From contig NC_083282.1 in the NCBI RefSeq assembly GCF_963506605.1, positions 59,892,001-59,956,000 of the forward strand: a stretch of DNA of 64,000 nt, written 5' to 3'. This document shows, piece by piece, positions 61,254-64,000 of the stretch; the first letter of the stretch is position 1, and each line of letters opens with the position of its first letter. Both the position numbers and the translations under genes were made by a program. This stretch comes from Zootoca vivipara. Its lineage: Eukaryota. The notes beneath the pieces were generated by a model, which saw only the letters and a program-made list of their open reading frames with translations, did not search any database and was not told the origin of the DNA.

Positions 61254-62485
61254 ATGAGCGCGCCAGAAGCGGAGACATGGCGGCAGATCGCGGAGAAAGC
61301 CCAGCAGGACCTGCAGGAACTGGCGTTGCAGGCACAGGGGGAATTAAAGGCGGCGAAGCAAGAAACGGAGAAAATTAAAGAGGACAGGCACAACCTTGCT
61401 GAACAGGTGAGAGCACTTCAGGACAAAGAGCAGCAGTTAAGGGCGGTAGCCGTGGACCTCCAAAACAAGTTGGATGCAGAGAGAAACAAGGGAGGAGGGG
61501 GAGCCCAACTCCAAGTGCTGCCAGGAAGGAGAGCAGGGACCCTAGTAAGCAAGTTCAATGGAGACCCAAGGGAATATCATGGCTTTGAGACTGAGATCGT
61601 GTATGCTCTTGAGCTGCACCATGATGAGTTCCCTGATGATGGGCACAGGGTAGCGTTTATTGTGGAACACCTTACCGGGGCAGCCAGGGAGTGGCTCAGA
61701 CCGTTAATCGCGACAAAAAATCCTTGCATGAAGAATGTCAAACTATTTTTAGAGGCTTTAAAAACTATGTATGCGTCCGATAGCCATATGGACCAGACCA
61801 AAGAGGAACTGCATAATTTAAGACAGAGAACAATGACAGTTCGCGAATATTGGGCGAGATTCACCATGCTGGTGCACAGACTGGGGTGGGAACTGCGCTC
61901 GCCTCCGATGGAAGCGGCGTTCTACCTGGGGTTGAATGAGGATGTGAAAGATGAGCTCTCGAGAGGTCCAAAGCCCAGTAATATGGATCAGCTGAGCAAA
62001 GCGGCTCTGGCGGTGGGGGTGAGACAGGAATCCCGGTGGAACGACAAGCAAGCAACGCGCGCAAAGCGGGCTTGGTTCCCACAGTCGCAGGAGAAGCCAC
62101 TCCCCCAACAGCCATCTCACGCCATGCCAGGGGCCAGCCGAGACCAGGAACCCATGCAAATTGATAGCGCGCGCGGGGGGGGGGGGCTTTTCAAACCCCA
62201 GCGGCGCCAAGACGCAGGGAAGGAAGAGGCGGGAATTGCTTTCTCTGCAACTCCCCTCAGCATCTCGTCAGAGACTGCCCACATCGCAGGGAATGGCAAG
62301 GAAAGGCGGGAACGGTTGTGCCCTCCCCCACTGACGCAGCACCACAGCAGGGAAACGAGACAGCCTGGCTGCAGGAGACAAGGGGCAGCAGCCAGGCGCA
62401 GTCAGCACACAACAGCCCCAACCCACCCGCCCGCACAGCGAGGAGCAGCGCCAGCCCACCCCCCCCAGAGCAGGGGTGGTTCTAG
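61254..62485 (+). CDS. gag: Gag (retrotransposon capsid plus CCHC nucleocapsid), frameshifted at the G12 run 62175-62186
   Basis: ATG at 61254; coiled-coil N-terminus, KFNGDP..LTGAAREW, LRQRTMTVREY, FYLGLNEDVKDEL, EPMQID; zinc knuckle CFLCNSPQHLVRDC (from 62237) lies in the -1 frame, ending TAG 62483-85. Confidence 0.88.
62350..62419 (+). promoter_or_regulatory. -1 programmed ribosomal frameshift signal (gag to pol)
   Basis: Slippery heptamer G GGA AAC 62350-56 in the CCHC frame, 6-nt spacer, 10-bp stem GCCTGGCTGC (62363-72) / GCAGCCAGGC (62388-97); pol lies in the -1 frame. Confidence 0.8.
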
Positions 62486-64000
62486 AAGTGACGCTAACGC
62501 TCCCTAATGGGTATCCCCCGACGGTCCTCGCGTTAATCGATTCGGGGGCGTCGGCCAACTTCTTTTCGAGAAACTTTGCAGAAGCGCACCAGATCCAACC
62601 TCTGCAGCTGGATTTTCCCCTGCACGTCTCCACCATTGACGGCAGGGAGTTGCTGGGAGGGGCCATCACCCACCAGACCCCCCCCATGAGAATGACGGTG
62701 GGGAGACACTCTGAGACACTGGCATTCAACGTCACCACCATCTCAGACCCCCCCATCGTCTTGGGCATGAGCTGGCTGGCGTGCCATGACCCCTCCATCA
62801 GTTGGCACCAGAGATGCATCACGTTTGGCTCAGACTATTGTCTGGAGCATTGCATGCAACACCAACCAGGGGAGGGGCCTCCAATAGCCACGGTGGCCAC
62901 CATGCACGTCAAGGGGGGTGAGACGATACCCAAGCAGTACTGGGACCTGCAGGAGGTCTTCAGTGAAGCGGAATCCGACCACCTGCCCCCGCACAGATCA
63001 TTTGACTGCCACATCAACCTGGTGCCGGGGGCCACGCTACCCCCAGCCAAGCTGTACTCCATGTCAGATCAGGAGCTGGAGGATCTGCGTGCGTTTATAG
63101 ACAAGAACCTCAAGAGGGGGTTCATCAGAGAAAGCAAGGCAGCAGGGGGCAGCCCGGTCTTCTGGGTGGACAAGAAAGACACGCAACAGCGCCGTCTTGT
63201 GGTGGATTTTAGACGGCTGAACAACATGACAGAACCGGTGGCTTTCCCAATGCCCAGAGTGGACGATCTGCTGACAGCGGCACGCAGGGGCAAGATCTTC
63301 ACCAAGCTTGACCTGAGGGGGGCGTACAACTTGATCAGGATCCGGGAAGGCGATGAGTGGAAAACCACGATGTTCACGCCTCTGGGCTCTTTTGAATATC
63401 TGGTGATGCCCTTCAGTTTGCAAGGGGGCTCAGCATGCTTCCAGGCCTTCATGCACCACGTCCTGGGGTCCCTTCTCTTCAAGAAATGCCTGGTCTTCTT
63501 GGATGACATCCTTATTTACTCCAATGACCCAGAGCAGCATGTGAAGGATGTCAGAGAGGTGTTGCAGCGCCTGAAGGAGCACCACCTGTATGTGAAACTG
63601 GAGAAGTGTAAGTTTCACACCAAAGAGGTGGACTTCCTGGGCTACAAACTGTCAGACACGGGGCTGGCGATGGACAAGGACAAGGTGCAGGCCATCCTGG
63701 ACTGGCACAGCCCCAGGACGCGCAAGGATGCCCAACGCCTACTAGGCTTCGCCAACTTCTACAGGAAGTTCATCAAGAACTTCTCTCGCGTTACGGCTCC
63801 CATCACGGACTGTCTGAGAGGCAAGCAGAAGTTCAGGTGGACACAGGAGGCGCAAGCAGCGTTCAAAAGCCTCAAGAGGGTGTTCGCTTCCGACCAGAAC
63901 CTGTTCCACGTGGTGCAGGATGCGCCCCTACGCGTTGAGACCGATGCTTCAGACAGAGCTTTGGGAGCGATCCTGTTGCAACTGGATGCCAACAGAGAAT
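62350..64000 (+). CDS. pol: Pol polyprotein (aspartic protease, reverse transcriptase, start of RNase H), open to the window end
   Basis: No stop codon in frame on manual translation; ALIDSGA (DSG 62539-47), KLDLRGAY, YLVMPFSL, VFLDDILIYS (FLDD 63496-507), LLGFANFYRKFI, VETDASD (ETDASD 63937-54); missing from the ORF track because it runs off the edge. Confidence 0.95.

Larger units (their letters stand above)
60785..64000 (+). mobile_element. Ty3/Gypsy LTR retrotransposon (sushi/chromovirus-like), truncated by the window end
   Basis: LTR followed by gag (EPMQID motif, CCHC knuckle) and pol in PR-RT-RH order. Confidence 0.96.

Noticed and set aside
62187-62507. C-terminal part of the 433-aa ORF in the track
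   Set aside because: Out-of-frame read-through after the G12 run; the true gag tail with CCHC is in the -1 frame.
61577-63992. Minus-strand ORFs over gag/pol
   Set aside because: Antisense shadows of a GC-rich coding frame.
1-64000. CRISPR arrays, rRNA or operon-like systems
   Set aside because: Eukaryotic repeat-rich DNA; no regularly spaced repeat-spacer array or rRNA-like sequence seen.

Overview
Vertebrate genomic DNA, most likely from a lacertid-type lizard (inferred from Sauria SINEs and squamate-type MITEs). It looks like intronic or non-coding sequence with no confidently identifiable host coding exon. The only real coding capacity is a young Ty3/Gypsy (sushi/chromovirus-like) LTR retrotransposon from 60785 to the window end. 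That element has a 5' LTR, a gag broken by a G12 run, a PEG10-like G_GGA_AAC -1 frameshift signal, an uninterrupted PR-RT-RNaseH pol frame, and a Tf1-style self-priming arrangement instead of a tRNA PBS. The rest is a mosaic of Sauria and tRNA SINEs, L2/CR1 fragments, Tigger, hAT and Harbinger-like MITEs, and microsatellites. Several short Penelope-like fragments carry minimal hammerhead ribozyme motifs, one as a perfect 49-bp back-to-back palindrome. A 1.65-kb Tc2-type TIR element has a CpG-rich interior that looks like captured host fragments. Repeat family names come from my recognition of the sequence, not from database searches.
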